Below the pieces are notes generated by a model that saw only the letters and a list, made by a program, of their open reading frames with translations, did no database searches and was not told the DNA's origin. A program made the position numbers and the translations under genes. From Marsupella aquatica (taxonomy: Eukaryota > Plantae > Marchantiophyta), in the NCBI GenBank assembly GCA_973895155.1, contig OZ316897.1, positions 9,695,832-9,759,831 on the forward strand: DNA of 64,000 nucleotides. The letters run 5' to 3'. Shown here in pieces: positions 39,319 to 50,267 of this stretch (within the stretch, counting starts at the first letter, position 1; each line of letters begins with the position of its first letter).

Positions 39319-39510
39319 GTGTGGTTTAGACCTCAGGCTGTGCCAATTGTAAGTGGATGCGATCTAACAAAACGAGGTAGACAGCTTCCATGGATTTCAT
39401 GGCATATCGGCTAGGTGTGGCTTAGACCTCAGGCTGTGCCAATTGTAAGTTGATGTGATCTAACAAAATGAGGTAGACAGCTTCCATGGATTTCATGGCT
39501 CACCGGCTAG
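39319..39510. repeat. Two-copy ~96-bp tandem duplication
   Basis: GTGTGG.TTAGACCTCAGGCTGTGCCAATTGTAAGT...GAGGTAGACAGCTTCCATGGATTTCATGGC...CGGCTAG repeated at 39319 and 39415. Confidence 0.92.
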
Positions 39511-40719
39511 ATTTGCCTGTTACCCATCTTTTTGGGGATACAGGCTTCAACCCTTAGACGTTTGGGAGGTCATTTTTCACGGCTCCTGAAACAAATCGAT
39601 TATCAATCACCAAGAAGGGTCCGTTTAGAGTCGCAACAATGACGGGGATTGATGTTTATAAAGTTACTGGAATTGGTCTCTTCTCTTACCACGTCAACCG
39701 TTGATTCTATTGTGTAATCCTTGAAGATGCTCAATCGGTTACCGGGCTTCGTCCTTTGTGCTGTACTCACTGTTGCTCGTGAGCATTCTTGTCATGAACA
39801 GAACGAATCTCAGATTCTACAAACTTGCATACGCAACAGCTTCTATACTTGGATCACACCTGTCTGCTGCTCCATGTTCCCCCATTGACACATTTCGGCA
39901 ACTTCATGTTGCTCCATAGATGCTGTACAGTGGAACATGTTCATTCAGGAAGAAGTCAGACTTGTGTCGTGTGGACTCCACCAATCCAGAGCGAGAGGGT
40001 AATATAGGGATTGCAAAGTACAATTCTGATGAAGCTGCACTAGTATCAAAAGCTGCAGCAGGCTCTCGAAGCTACAGTAGCGGTCACTTTCTCCAAGCTA
40101 TTGATAACCAAAGGGGCAGCATATAATGAGAAATAGCAATCCTGTGCATTTCTTTCAGCGTGAATGTCCACACATCCTGCCATGGTCACACCATTCTAGA
40201 TTCTGACTTTGACTTGAGTCGGAAACTGCTAGATCTCCACTTCCTCAAGGTTATTGAATCGAAAGTGCTCCACTCGTACACATCCCCATACGAGAAGCAA
40301 CGTTTAATTTGCAATCAGGTTTATCCAATAAATTAACTTTTCTAAGAATGAGGCTAATTTGACAATGCTCGTGTAGATACGCAAGAGGTGGTCGTGCTAT
40401 CGCAACTCACCCTCTTATACCAGAAAGCTAGACAACGAAGTAACTGTGGTTATGTTGAGTAGTAAGTGTAGAAAGGAAGGCACGAGAATTTGACATAGCG
40501 ATGTAGGACAAAGCATAATTCACGGCAGGGAAGTGACGATTTGTAATCAAAACTGAAAATCACGGACATATCTAAACTAAAGCAAGCTTAAAAATAAACA
40601 TAACACCAGTCTGGTCAATTCCAATAGTGATGGGGCTCCAGAAAACCTTTTGATTAAGGTCCAAGTCCCTGAATAAAAAATAATTTCACGCATACGCGCC
40701 CCAAGATATGTCCATACAC

Positions 40720-41659
40720 CTAACGCTTGGAAAATTGAGGAGCTTTCCGCGCCTTCTTGAGACCATATTTCTTCCTCTCTACAACTCTCGAGTCCCGTGT
40801 CAGTAAACCCTGCTTCTTCAGAGGATCCCTGTTAGCCTGGTTGGCCTTAATTAAAGCGCGGGCAATTCCTAATAAAATGGCTTGTGCTTGTCCGGATAGT
40901 CCTCCACCGTGAGTCCTGACGATGGTATCATACTTAGCTTCGTACCCCAGACTGGCAAGGGGGTATTTGACAGCTTGCAACCAGAGTGGATTCCCTTGCA
41001 AGTAATCCTGAAAATATGAATACAAGTCAGACTATTTTCCGCTATTTCTGTGCAACCTCTAAAGGTAATTTGGGTACAACATTCAATTGTAAACAGCATT
41101 GGATTTCAGAATCAGTGGCAAGAAACCCTAGACAATTGAATCATCCCCATGATTCTCAACAGATCAAGGTCTGGACAGTAAAGCATCGATGGCCGAAAAC
41201 CCTACAACGACAGTGTCTCCTCATCCCCATCAAAGGCAGAGTGAAATCAAATACCTGAGCAGTCCGATTGTTGATGATAATCTTCCCCGTGCCATCGACG
41301 AGAACCACACGAGCGACGGCACATTTCCTCCGCCCAGTTCCCCACAACCGCGCGGCCGCGAATCCTCCAGGCAGCACACTCTTCACATAGGCCTCGAGAT
41401 CGACGCCCTCGGCCTCCTCCGCCACGGCCGAAGAAGACGCGCAAACTCTCAGAGCCCCTGCATTGCTCGACGACGTTGCGGGTGACGAAGAAATTGCCGA
41501 ACTCTTGAGAGCAGCCCATCTCAACATGGGCCTCAAGCTCACTCCATTTTGCGCGGAGAAGCGGGACCCGAGCGATGCACCTGCTGAGGAGTTCGTCGTC
41601 GGCGTTCCTGTGAGCTGCAACGAGGCCAGCGATGTCGCGAGAGATGCCATCGTCGCCAT
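40720..41659 (-). CDS. rps9: Plastid 30S ribosomal protein S9 (nuclear-encoded, transit peptide), ~230 aa
   Basis: Exons 41659-41255 and 41007-40720. Ser/Ala/Thr-rich transit peptide; [24 protein letters not shown] and the C-terminal [21 protein letters not shown]9 signature. Confidence 0.96.
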
Positions 41660-41764
41660 AGCTCAGCTCAGCTCAGCTCTGCTTCACTACAATCTGCCAC
41701 AAAAGCTTCCTTCTCGACTCGTGTTCCTTCTCTCGCTCCCGGAGAGGAGTACTCGCGTTATCCG

Positions 41765-43080
41765 ATGCCGAAGCTGAAAACTGCGGTTCGGATGCATGGG
41801 TTTACCATATCGAGGGGGCTAGTGAGGGCAGGGTTCCATGTCGGTACAGGGGGTGGCAATTCCCATTCCCTGTACTTCCCAATGGAACACGGTTCCATTC
41901 ATTCTGTTGGAGAGCACTCCTATTCCATTTCATTTGCCGAGGTGAACAGTAAACCTTCCTCATTTGGCATATGTTTACCAAATAAGGGGGGGGGGCGGGG
42001 GAGGCGGGACGTTCCATGTTGGTATAGGATTTCCCACTCCCTATACTTCCCCATTCAAGGAACACGGTTCCATTCAGTAAGTTGGAAAGCACCCCTATTG
42101 ATTGGATTTCATTTGCCGAGGTGAACAGTGAACATGAGGTGAACTGTGAATGTGCTGATGCTCAAGATTTTGCTTCGGATGCCTGGGTTTACCAAACTGA
42201 GAGTACTAAGAGTAGGGTTCCATGTTGGTACGGGAGGGGGAAATGTCACTCCCTGTACTTTCCCACAGAACACAGTTCTATTCACTCCGTTAGCAAGTAC
42301 CCCATGGGATTGCTTTGTTTCAAATGATTTAACCAAGTGTTTCAAATGTTTCATTTGCCAAGGAGAAGAGTAAACCTATCAATGCCAACACTCAAGACTT
42401 TGGCATGTGTTCACCAACTCGATGGGGGTTGGGGGGTGGGGGTGTTCCATGTTAGTATGGGGAGTGGGAAATACCACTCCCTGTACTTCCCCACCAAACG
42501 CAGTTCCATTGACTCCATTAGAAAGCACCCCCATTGGATTTTTTTTGCCAAGGTGAACAGTGAACCTGCCAATGCCAACACTCAAGACTAAGGGGGTTCT
42601 ATGTGGGTACAGCAGAGTGGCAAGAGACACTCAATGTACTTCCCCATGGGATATGGTTTGATTCACTCCATTAGGGTACCCCTATAAAAGAAAGCAATTT
42701 TTTTGTAATTGAAGAACCACAACTTACTGCTCCTAACAAGCCATTGTTCATTTGCCTAGGTGAACAGTGAACCTACCCATGCCAGCACTCAAGACTTCGG
42801 CATGTGTTTACCAAATTGAGGGGTCTAATGGAGTGAATGTGGGTACCAGGGAGTGGGACATGACACTCCTGTGGTTCCCCACCGATAAAGCACCCCTAAC
42901 AGATTTTGTTTGTTTCCAATAATCTTAGAACCACAACAGCTGCCACCATAGAACTGGACCTGCCCTTAATATAACAGGCCAATGTTCATTTGCCTGCATT
43001 AACTCTGGACCCGGAATGGACCTACCCATTCTGATGCCCAAGACTTTGGTTTGGATGCATGTGTTTACCAAGTTGAGCGG
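41765..43080. repeat. Degenerate tandem array (~150-240-bp units, ~6-7 copies) immediately upstream of rps9
   Basis: Recurring GTTCCATGT.GGTA, CACTCCCTGTACTTCCC, TTCATTTGCCGAGGTGAACAGTGAAC and ATGCC..CACTCAAGACT. Confidence 0.85.
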
Positions 43081-43246
43081 CTACTGGCATGTAAGAATGA
43101 CAATATCTGTATAGTGAGATCTTGGAAAATGCAATCTTGATAAATCCTCCCCTTTTCATTGGGTTGCTTTGCCTTCGGGATCTTGTCTCGCGGTTTGGCA
43201 TTTTTTGCCCTTGGGCACTGTGATATATAAAGGTAGAATGTATCCA

Positions 43247-43641
43247 TCTACAACTATAATAATTGATCCTGCCTCCTTAGTCCCTTTCTGAAATCCAGAA
43301 TCAGCCTCGTTAGTCCCTTTATGAAATCCAGAATCAGCACGAATCAAACCTTGCTATTAGATATTTTAGAATATTATCATATCTGTTTGATTAGCACTTG
43401 CCCTCTCTGGCAAGGCCTCCCCCATCCGTGCCTTCATTATGGACCCCCTCGCGATATACATATACTGGCATCAATGCTCGCCATGCCTCGCCAGCCCTCA
43501 CAATGCCTCACCTTTGATGCCCTTTCTTGCCCTCCCCTTGGTCCCAATGCGCTCAACCCTGCCTCTCACCCCCCGGCCCCTGGCCCAACTCTCTATGGGC
43601 CGGCCCTCATTGCACTGTGCAACGCACGGGCATAGGGCTCG
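43247..43641 (+). mobile_element. Non-autonomous Helitron-like element, copy 2 (395 bp)
   Basis: A|TCTACAACTATAATA ... GGGCCGGCCCTC ... hairpin CTGTGCAACGCACGG, then GCATAGGGCTCG|T. The GTGCAACGCACGGGCA hairpin is of the type found at plant Helitron 3' ends. Confidence 0.75.
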
Positions 43642-44546
43642 TCCATGATAATGTCCCATCCCGGGACCATTGGTATTTGTTAAGGGAATGCCTGCCACAA
43701 AGGCTAAAAATGGTCTGGCACAAACAAGAAACAGGAAATGCAAAGTCTGACACACAGTCTAAGTGTAAGTTTAGAGGAGAGGAATGTGAACAAGGGAGAC
43801 ATCTTGGACACTTCTCCTTTTATATTGCTGGTGTTGGTTTAAGAAAGTACCACACTTCTCCTTTCTCATATATGGCCAGAGGTTTAAGAAAGGATTGGTT
43901 TTTCAAGTGACAGGCATCGTTTTGTGACAGCATCCTTGATTTTAATTCTCATTTTGTAACCCCCTTGAAGTTGGCTCGCAAGAACGTGGTTTACCCCGTG
44001 GAACCCATTCTTGTATCTACAGTATGTGGTTTGGCAGGGAGTGTGTAATTTGATTGTTTACTCCATCCTCCTGAGGTGCAGAACAGGGGTTCAAGATAAA
44101 AACTTGCTCGTCTTCAAATTCTTCTGTTCTACGAATGCAATCACGATACCTTCAATTGAATGGAATCGAGTCAAATCGAATTTCTAAAACGATTCGAATT
44201 GACTAACACAATAACCCGTCCTCCAAGTGAACTATTTAAGTCAAGTAAGACTGGCTTTGCGGTGTGAGTTGATAGAAATGGAAAAATGACTTCGATCCGA
44301 AATTTGAGAATCAGAAATGGAGAAATTGATCTCGCAGAGTTTCTAGCCAGATCGATAACACCGGCGTTAGAAGTTCGGGCAGTGTTTACTAACATGAACA
44401 ATGAAATTTTCTAATGAAAGAAAATTTGACAACATAATGTAGACCAACCGTCATGAACAATGTTGATGTTCGAATTTGGCTCGAAACGGACGCGTGACAG
44501 GCTTTTTAGAAAGAAGCTGCGTGCGAGTACATTCGGTTCATCGAGT

Positions 44547-46101
44547 TCAAGTCTTCTCCAGGCTATCTGTATCTTCTAATGTTATCTCTGCCAGGGGAAG
44601 CTGGAACTTGTTTGATTCAACCGTCACAGCGCCCGACGAGCCCACGGAACAGCCAGACTCCTTTATGATTAGGAACACAAGAAGCTTGGAGTGAATTGGC
44701 CGGGGCGAAGTCTTTGTTCTCGTGTAAAGTAGGCTCGTATCGAAGTCGATTCCAAAGTAATCCTCTGTTAGAAGATCCCTTCTGCAATTCGGATCCAGAC
44801 CAGACTTGAGTATGGCATCCATAACAGCATGATTTGTGCCATGGAACACCGTTCTGAGGCCCCTTTTCTCAATACACGTCAAAGTTGCTTCGTCGGCTTC
44901 ATCTGCAGCACTTTCGAGAAACAGCTCTGAAAAATTAAGGAAAACAAGGTTTAGGCTAACAGCAAACTCTCCCACTTGTTCCCCTTACTGCCCTCAGAGA
45001 TTTCTTAGCGAGCTCTCTCAGTTAATTGTTTCTCTTATTGCCCTTAGCATTATCTCAGCGAAGTCTCTCATTGACCTCAGCGTTTTCTCCTTCAGGCTGT
45101 AGGTGCATCGATCAGTAAGTTGAGAGATGAAGCAAGCTTAATTGTATCCTAATCCCGATCCTAACACCTGATAGCCTTACAAAGCAGAGGACTTCCGGAC
45201 AGCTGGTCACTGGGTTTCCAGAAACATCTTCACGACTAGACATTATATGTTCTCTAGCAATTCTCTGCACGAATCGCGAGCAAACAAACCAGCTGTTGTA
45301 ATGAAGGTTCGCCCTGAAGAATCTAAGCTAATTTGCAAGATCATCAACTATAGTTGAGCAATATTTAAACAGCATATATGCAAGAACATGGCACCGTTGG
45401 GGATTTACTCTTCATAAAAGGTGGATGGAATAGAGTGCTGATGAAAATGGATAGAGCGAGTGAACCTAGAAGCTGCTCCCCAGGAGGAGTACTGGTATCC
45501 GTAATCTTGAGAAGAGATTCGATGAAGTTTTCATATGGTGCATGCCCCGGCCCCAGATATGGGTTCTCCCGTATTGTGCATGTTTCTACTCCTTTCAATG
45601 CCAGGATCCTATTCAAACTCGCTGTCTTACGGATGCGGTCCACAGCCATCGCGAGTATCTGCTCAAAACCATAAAATATAAAAACCAAAACTGGAAGGTA
45701 TGAACCTGAGCTTCAAGAAGAATAGACAGTGTTCAAAACGTAAACATTCACAAATCAACTCATTCATGTACCTGACGTCGAAGCTGCGTGTCGTTTGCTT
45801 TGACCACAACCTTGAAAAAGCTCCTTGCATCCCAAGGGAACTCCACTACAAGGTCCACTTCACTTTCGGTTCCAAGACCTATCTGCTTGAGTCTCGTCAG
45901 ATCCCCTGGGGAGAGGAACCGCGTGCTTATAGAACGTTCACCATTCGAGATGGCTTTGACAACCAGCTCCGAAAAATCGAAATCCAGAAGGGACTGAAGT
46001 ACACCTTCTCTGTCCTTGTGGTAGACGCGGAGAAGAGACCGAAAGTGAGTCCCAGTCACGGGAACAGTTGTGACTGCTGAAGGGTTAAGCTTGGGAACCA
46101 T
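44547..46101 (-). CDS. PARP-like ADP-ribosyltransferase-domain protein with a degenerate WWE-like region (gene A), ~300 aa; 5' end uncertain
   Basis: Exons 46101-45772, 45658-45466 and 44926-44547, in frame. C-terminal domain LRTVFHGT...AILKSGLDP..RR...DYFG..FDTSLLY...KLLVFLII...AVTVESNKFQLPLAEITL follows the PARP-catalytic pattern FHGT / GFD / YF / S..Y / P..I. Confidence 0.72.
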
Positions 46102-46926
46102 TCTGGCTTGCGAATACTAGTGAATTGCATGCAATCTTTTGCACTCTACGACCGGCCAGAGACAGGCCTGTTGAACAGTATAGTGGCTCGAGATCACTGT
46201 CCTGGTGAATACTCCACCTCAGGTCATCATCCTCGATGGAATCTGCTGATACCTTTCAGAGTATGATCTTCAGTCCCTTTTCAGTCTGGCTAATAATTGA
46301 TATACATGATTCTCAATTTATCGATCAGACTCCCGGCGCGGGAGCGAATAGACATTTCAGGAAAGAAAACAGTCACGTTCTAAATACGTTTGGAAGCATT
46401 GAAAAGAAACAGAGTCTATGTCACTCACGGTGCACGTTCTAGGGAGGATTGCAACAAGCTTAGAGAAGGCTCTATAATTGTGGCACACGGAAATATACAT
46501 CTGCACTGCAGGTAAGTTTGGTAGTAAGAGGGCTCAGACTCGGGACTCAGACAGCGGCGCTGAGTTAGCCGCCTTTCCCAATTCTCTATGAATTCGATGA
46601 ACCAGTACACTAAACATCATCGAAGAAACAATGTCACTCTCAGTTGTACAAAACGCTACAGTAGGTCTCAACGTCACTTTTTGTATGTTCAATGATTGCA
46701 CATCCACACGAGTCAAGGTACTCTGGAATAATTATAAAATTTCGTGACTAGTGACTAGAAATCGTCCAGAATTACGATGGTCACGGTTCGGCGGCGCTTC
46801 AATCTAACTAATAAGGCTATCTAAAGCTACACTCTGGAGCCTAGAAGTTTCCAAGAGAGGCAACTTTGAGGAAGGCAAGCACGGGCCTGAGCAATGCTCG
46901 GGCATTCAGGCTAGTACTTTAAAAGT

Positions 46927-47012
46927 ACATTTCAATGTAGTGGGGTCGTGACTAGAAGGAGAGTAGTACAGTGACATTTCAATGTACTGGGGTCGTGACT
47001 AGAAGGAGAGTA
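46927..47012. repeat. 39-bp direct repeat (period 47) in the region between the divergent WWE/ART genes
   Basis: ACATTTCAATGTA(G/C)TGGGGTCGTGACTAGAAGGAGAGTA at 46927 and 46974. Confidence 0.9.
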
Positions 47013-48257
47013 AAGTGTACACAAAAATTGCTGCGAGGCGGCCAGAGACTCTGGACAGTACTAGCTAGTCTGGGGCAGAATCACAGTTGATGTTACAGTT
47101 CGCCTCAGGATGACAGTTTGAATTATTGTCCAATCAGGCTAGGAACTGTACCGGTATTTTCCGTAGCTGGGTTGCGGATAGTAACATTCGCTGGGCCTTC
47201 AGTTCTGGCCAATGGAAGTCATGATGGATTTTCTCCATGGTATGATTCTTTTTTATTTTGCAAGCCATTGATACGTTGTGAATTATAGCATTCTGCAATA
47301 GGTCATGATTCGAGTTGCCATAAACTTTCGGTTTATTAGATATGCTGACTCTTTATTTTGCAACCGGGCACCATGGTCGAAGTAAAAATGAGCCGTCGCT
47401 CAAGTTAGAGTGAATTACGGGACGCACCCAACGTCCAGCAATACAGAGAGCTGCCATTATTCGCAACCAGGAATCGGTACTTTTGCCAAATTGATCATAG
47501 AAAATGACTTTGAAAGCGCATTTACAATGTGACACAGTTGTCACTGTCAATCTAGAAGCCAGGATTCAACCGTAGTTTCCACGGCTGCATCGGAATCTGG
47601 ATTTTGAACCGATGTATAATATATATGGATAGATTCTATATGGAAGCTGCACATAATTTAGCAATGGCTAATGCGAGTTACGGTTGGATATCTATATCCA
47701 GTAAACTTGTGCGCTCTTTATTTCACAGCAAGGTACTAGACTTACTCACTAGCCTTTCAAGATTGCAAATTCCTGCATTCGTGGTGGTGAATCGTAGCCA
47801 TCTCCAATTTCAGCTGCCTCAATATATCAGTATAGGACATGGTTGTCGCCACAGCTGGTTCCGATAGTGACATAGTCAAGGAAGAATATTTGTCACTGAC
47901 GGTCAACACTAAGTACACGATTTAAGCGTGATTGCGGTAGCTAAATCAGCAACTGTACCATGACTTAGCTAGCTCGCATTGTAGAGGGCACCCAATTCAC
48001 TCCGAACTACGATGTTGCACTAGGTACTAAGAGTCTAAGACGGAGCTCTATAAACGTTATCTCCCGGTGAGGAAATTCTCCAACTTCGGGATCCGCAAAT
48101 CTTCGCACCTCTTTCAATCGACCTTTGGCAGCTTCCACTCTTGTAGACCGATTGCTTGAGCACCTTCTGAGAGATCGTGAGCCATAGAGCCTGGCAAGCT
48201 TTTCTGTCTGTAACTATCTCTCTAGCATTTTGCCGAGCCTTCTCTCGATCTTTGAAG

Positions 48258-50267
48258 ATGTGCATCCTCGACGAAGTTTGCGAAGAGCCGACTGAGCAAG
48301 GAGTGTGGTGGCGAGATGACACTGAATGGCGTTTGTACAGTGCCGAACACCAGGCCCTCATTAGGAAGGGCATGGCCGAGAAGGTCAGGGAGATAGACCT
48401 CGGAACAATTGTGTCTGTTGTTCATCCTTTGGGGGCGAAATATACCCTCGACTTGCACAGTATGCGGCAAGTTGCTGTTAACAGCGGGCAGGTAAGGCCA
48501 GTGATGGTTGTTGACGCTGCGACTGTTGGAACACAACCAAGTCCACGATCAGCGGTAAGTATGCGGTACATCCGTCTGCATACGTCCTCAAACTTCATTG
48601 ACTGTTTCTTTTGACACTAACGGTGGTACCAACGACCTTTCAGACTTGATTGAATTCTGGCTTGACATTCCGATCTGTAGGCATACATATAACGTGGTTG
48701 CTGGTTCAGGTTCTTCCAAGCTTTAATTTTACTTTGACATTGATCTGGAGGTCTGGACTGCAACGGAGCTTATGTATGGTGTATGAACAGAGTATGAATG
48801 TTGTCTTGTATTCATGCCAGCGACGTGCTTCCTTGATTGATGTATATCTTCACTTATAATATTGAGATTTTTCCATGGATGTTCGGTGCCGAAAAGACAT
48901 TGCTGCCACCGAGTTCATTCCGCAATCTCCCTCTCAACCTGCACTATCAGGGCAATGACGGGAACTTTCATCGATACGGGACCGCCATAGAGCAGGCACT
49001 ATTCCAAAGTATGACGTGTGGGAGCCAACGTACCGTAGTGGTGCTAGATGAGGGTTCAGGCCATTTTTTGAGCTTCGACTTTGAAGCCATGGAACAGCGC
49101 ATTGTCTCACATTTTGATAGCAACGAAGAGCCCGTTCTTTCAGACCACGCACCGGTCAAAGTGATTGTTGAGGTTCCTTGGGATGCTGCGGCGATGGCAT
49201 CGATGGCCGCAAAGGCCGATAAATGTTTGAGACGGAAGGTAAGTGGTGCTCTCGATCTCCCTCTTCACCTTAGCTTAGAACTGCACCGAGACTGACCAAT
49301 TATCTGACCAAACTCTGCGTTATGTAGCTATCCTGGATCAGTCAGGTCGATTCAATGTTCAATGAAACAATCCGAGTGACAACTTCCAGCCCTGACCTGC
49401 AACCAATCTGTTTACTTTAGAAATTCGTGAGTTGCTTAGAGTGTAATTGTGGAAGTATCAATTAATTAAGTAGTCAACTGTTAGTTTGGTGATTACCAAT
49501 ACTTCGCTTCTACTCGGTGAAGGCGTAAAACATTAATTCGCCTCCTCAAGCTAGAATACAATTCAGTTCGATGACTTTTTATCTTTGCTGTACTCTTTGC
49601 GAAGATTCTTTCTCTGGTAATAGAAAGGTACAGGAGCGACGAGCGCTTGGACAGCATCCTTGAGGTGAAAGCACAACCCAGGAAAGTCATTTCCAAGAGC
49701 AGTCGGGCGTGTTCTGTAGCCCTATACGAGCGGTTCATTGATTCGTTGGACGAAGTGCTGCAGACATTCCCCAACGATGCAATGGGTGAGTCAATTGTCA
49801 ATAAATTGTCCTCGATTAATTCAAAACATACTTGAAATTTGTGGAGATCGTTAGCATTCTTGAACATTAATTCCTAAGTCTGGCCTGAGTTTAGGGCGTT
49901 CTGAATACTCTTTTTAAACCATGCAGGAGATATGCTAAAAGCTGCAGGCACAAGAGAAGTTGGAGGCGGCCCAGTTCAGATAGCGTTCAAACCAGTGGAT
50001 CGGGAGACAGCAATTCCCTCAAAGCGAAAATCATTAGAGGCGGCGGTGACGCCTAAAGTTGCATTCTGGATGTCCATGGCGGCACCAGTGGCGGCTGCCC
50101 ATGCGACTGTGTATGGCTGCGTTGTCCAGATTCTCGCGTATCTAGTGATCATCCCCTTTTCTTCTTTGAAGAAATCTACTCAGCCTGAGATTGATCGCTG
50201 TTCCGGGTACGTTGAGGTCGCTAGACCTGAGCACGGACTTCCTCTGGCCGAAATCACTGTGACTTGA
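48258..50267 (+). CDS. Tandem-WWE protein with a degenerate PARP-like domain (gene B), ~390 aa
   Basis: Exons 48258-48554, ~48867(or 48897/48951)-49238, 49605-49785 and 49927-50267. WWE1: VWWRDDTEWRLYSAEHQALIRKG...YTLDLHSMRQVAVNSGQVRPV. WWE2: LHYQGNDGNFHRYGTAIEQAL...FDFEAMEQ. C-terminus ..SGYVEVARPEHGLPLAEITVT is homologous to gene A. Confidence 0.75.

Noticed and set aside
44970-45100. Possible extra exon in gene A
   Set aside because: All three frames hit stops; the flanking exons already join in phase and match the intron layout of gene B.
44547-50267. Calling genes A and B RCD1/SRO or PARP1-3
   Set aside because: No RST, zinc-finger, BRCT, WGR or PARP regulatory domain visible; both proteins end right after the ART-like domain.
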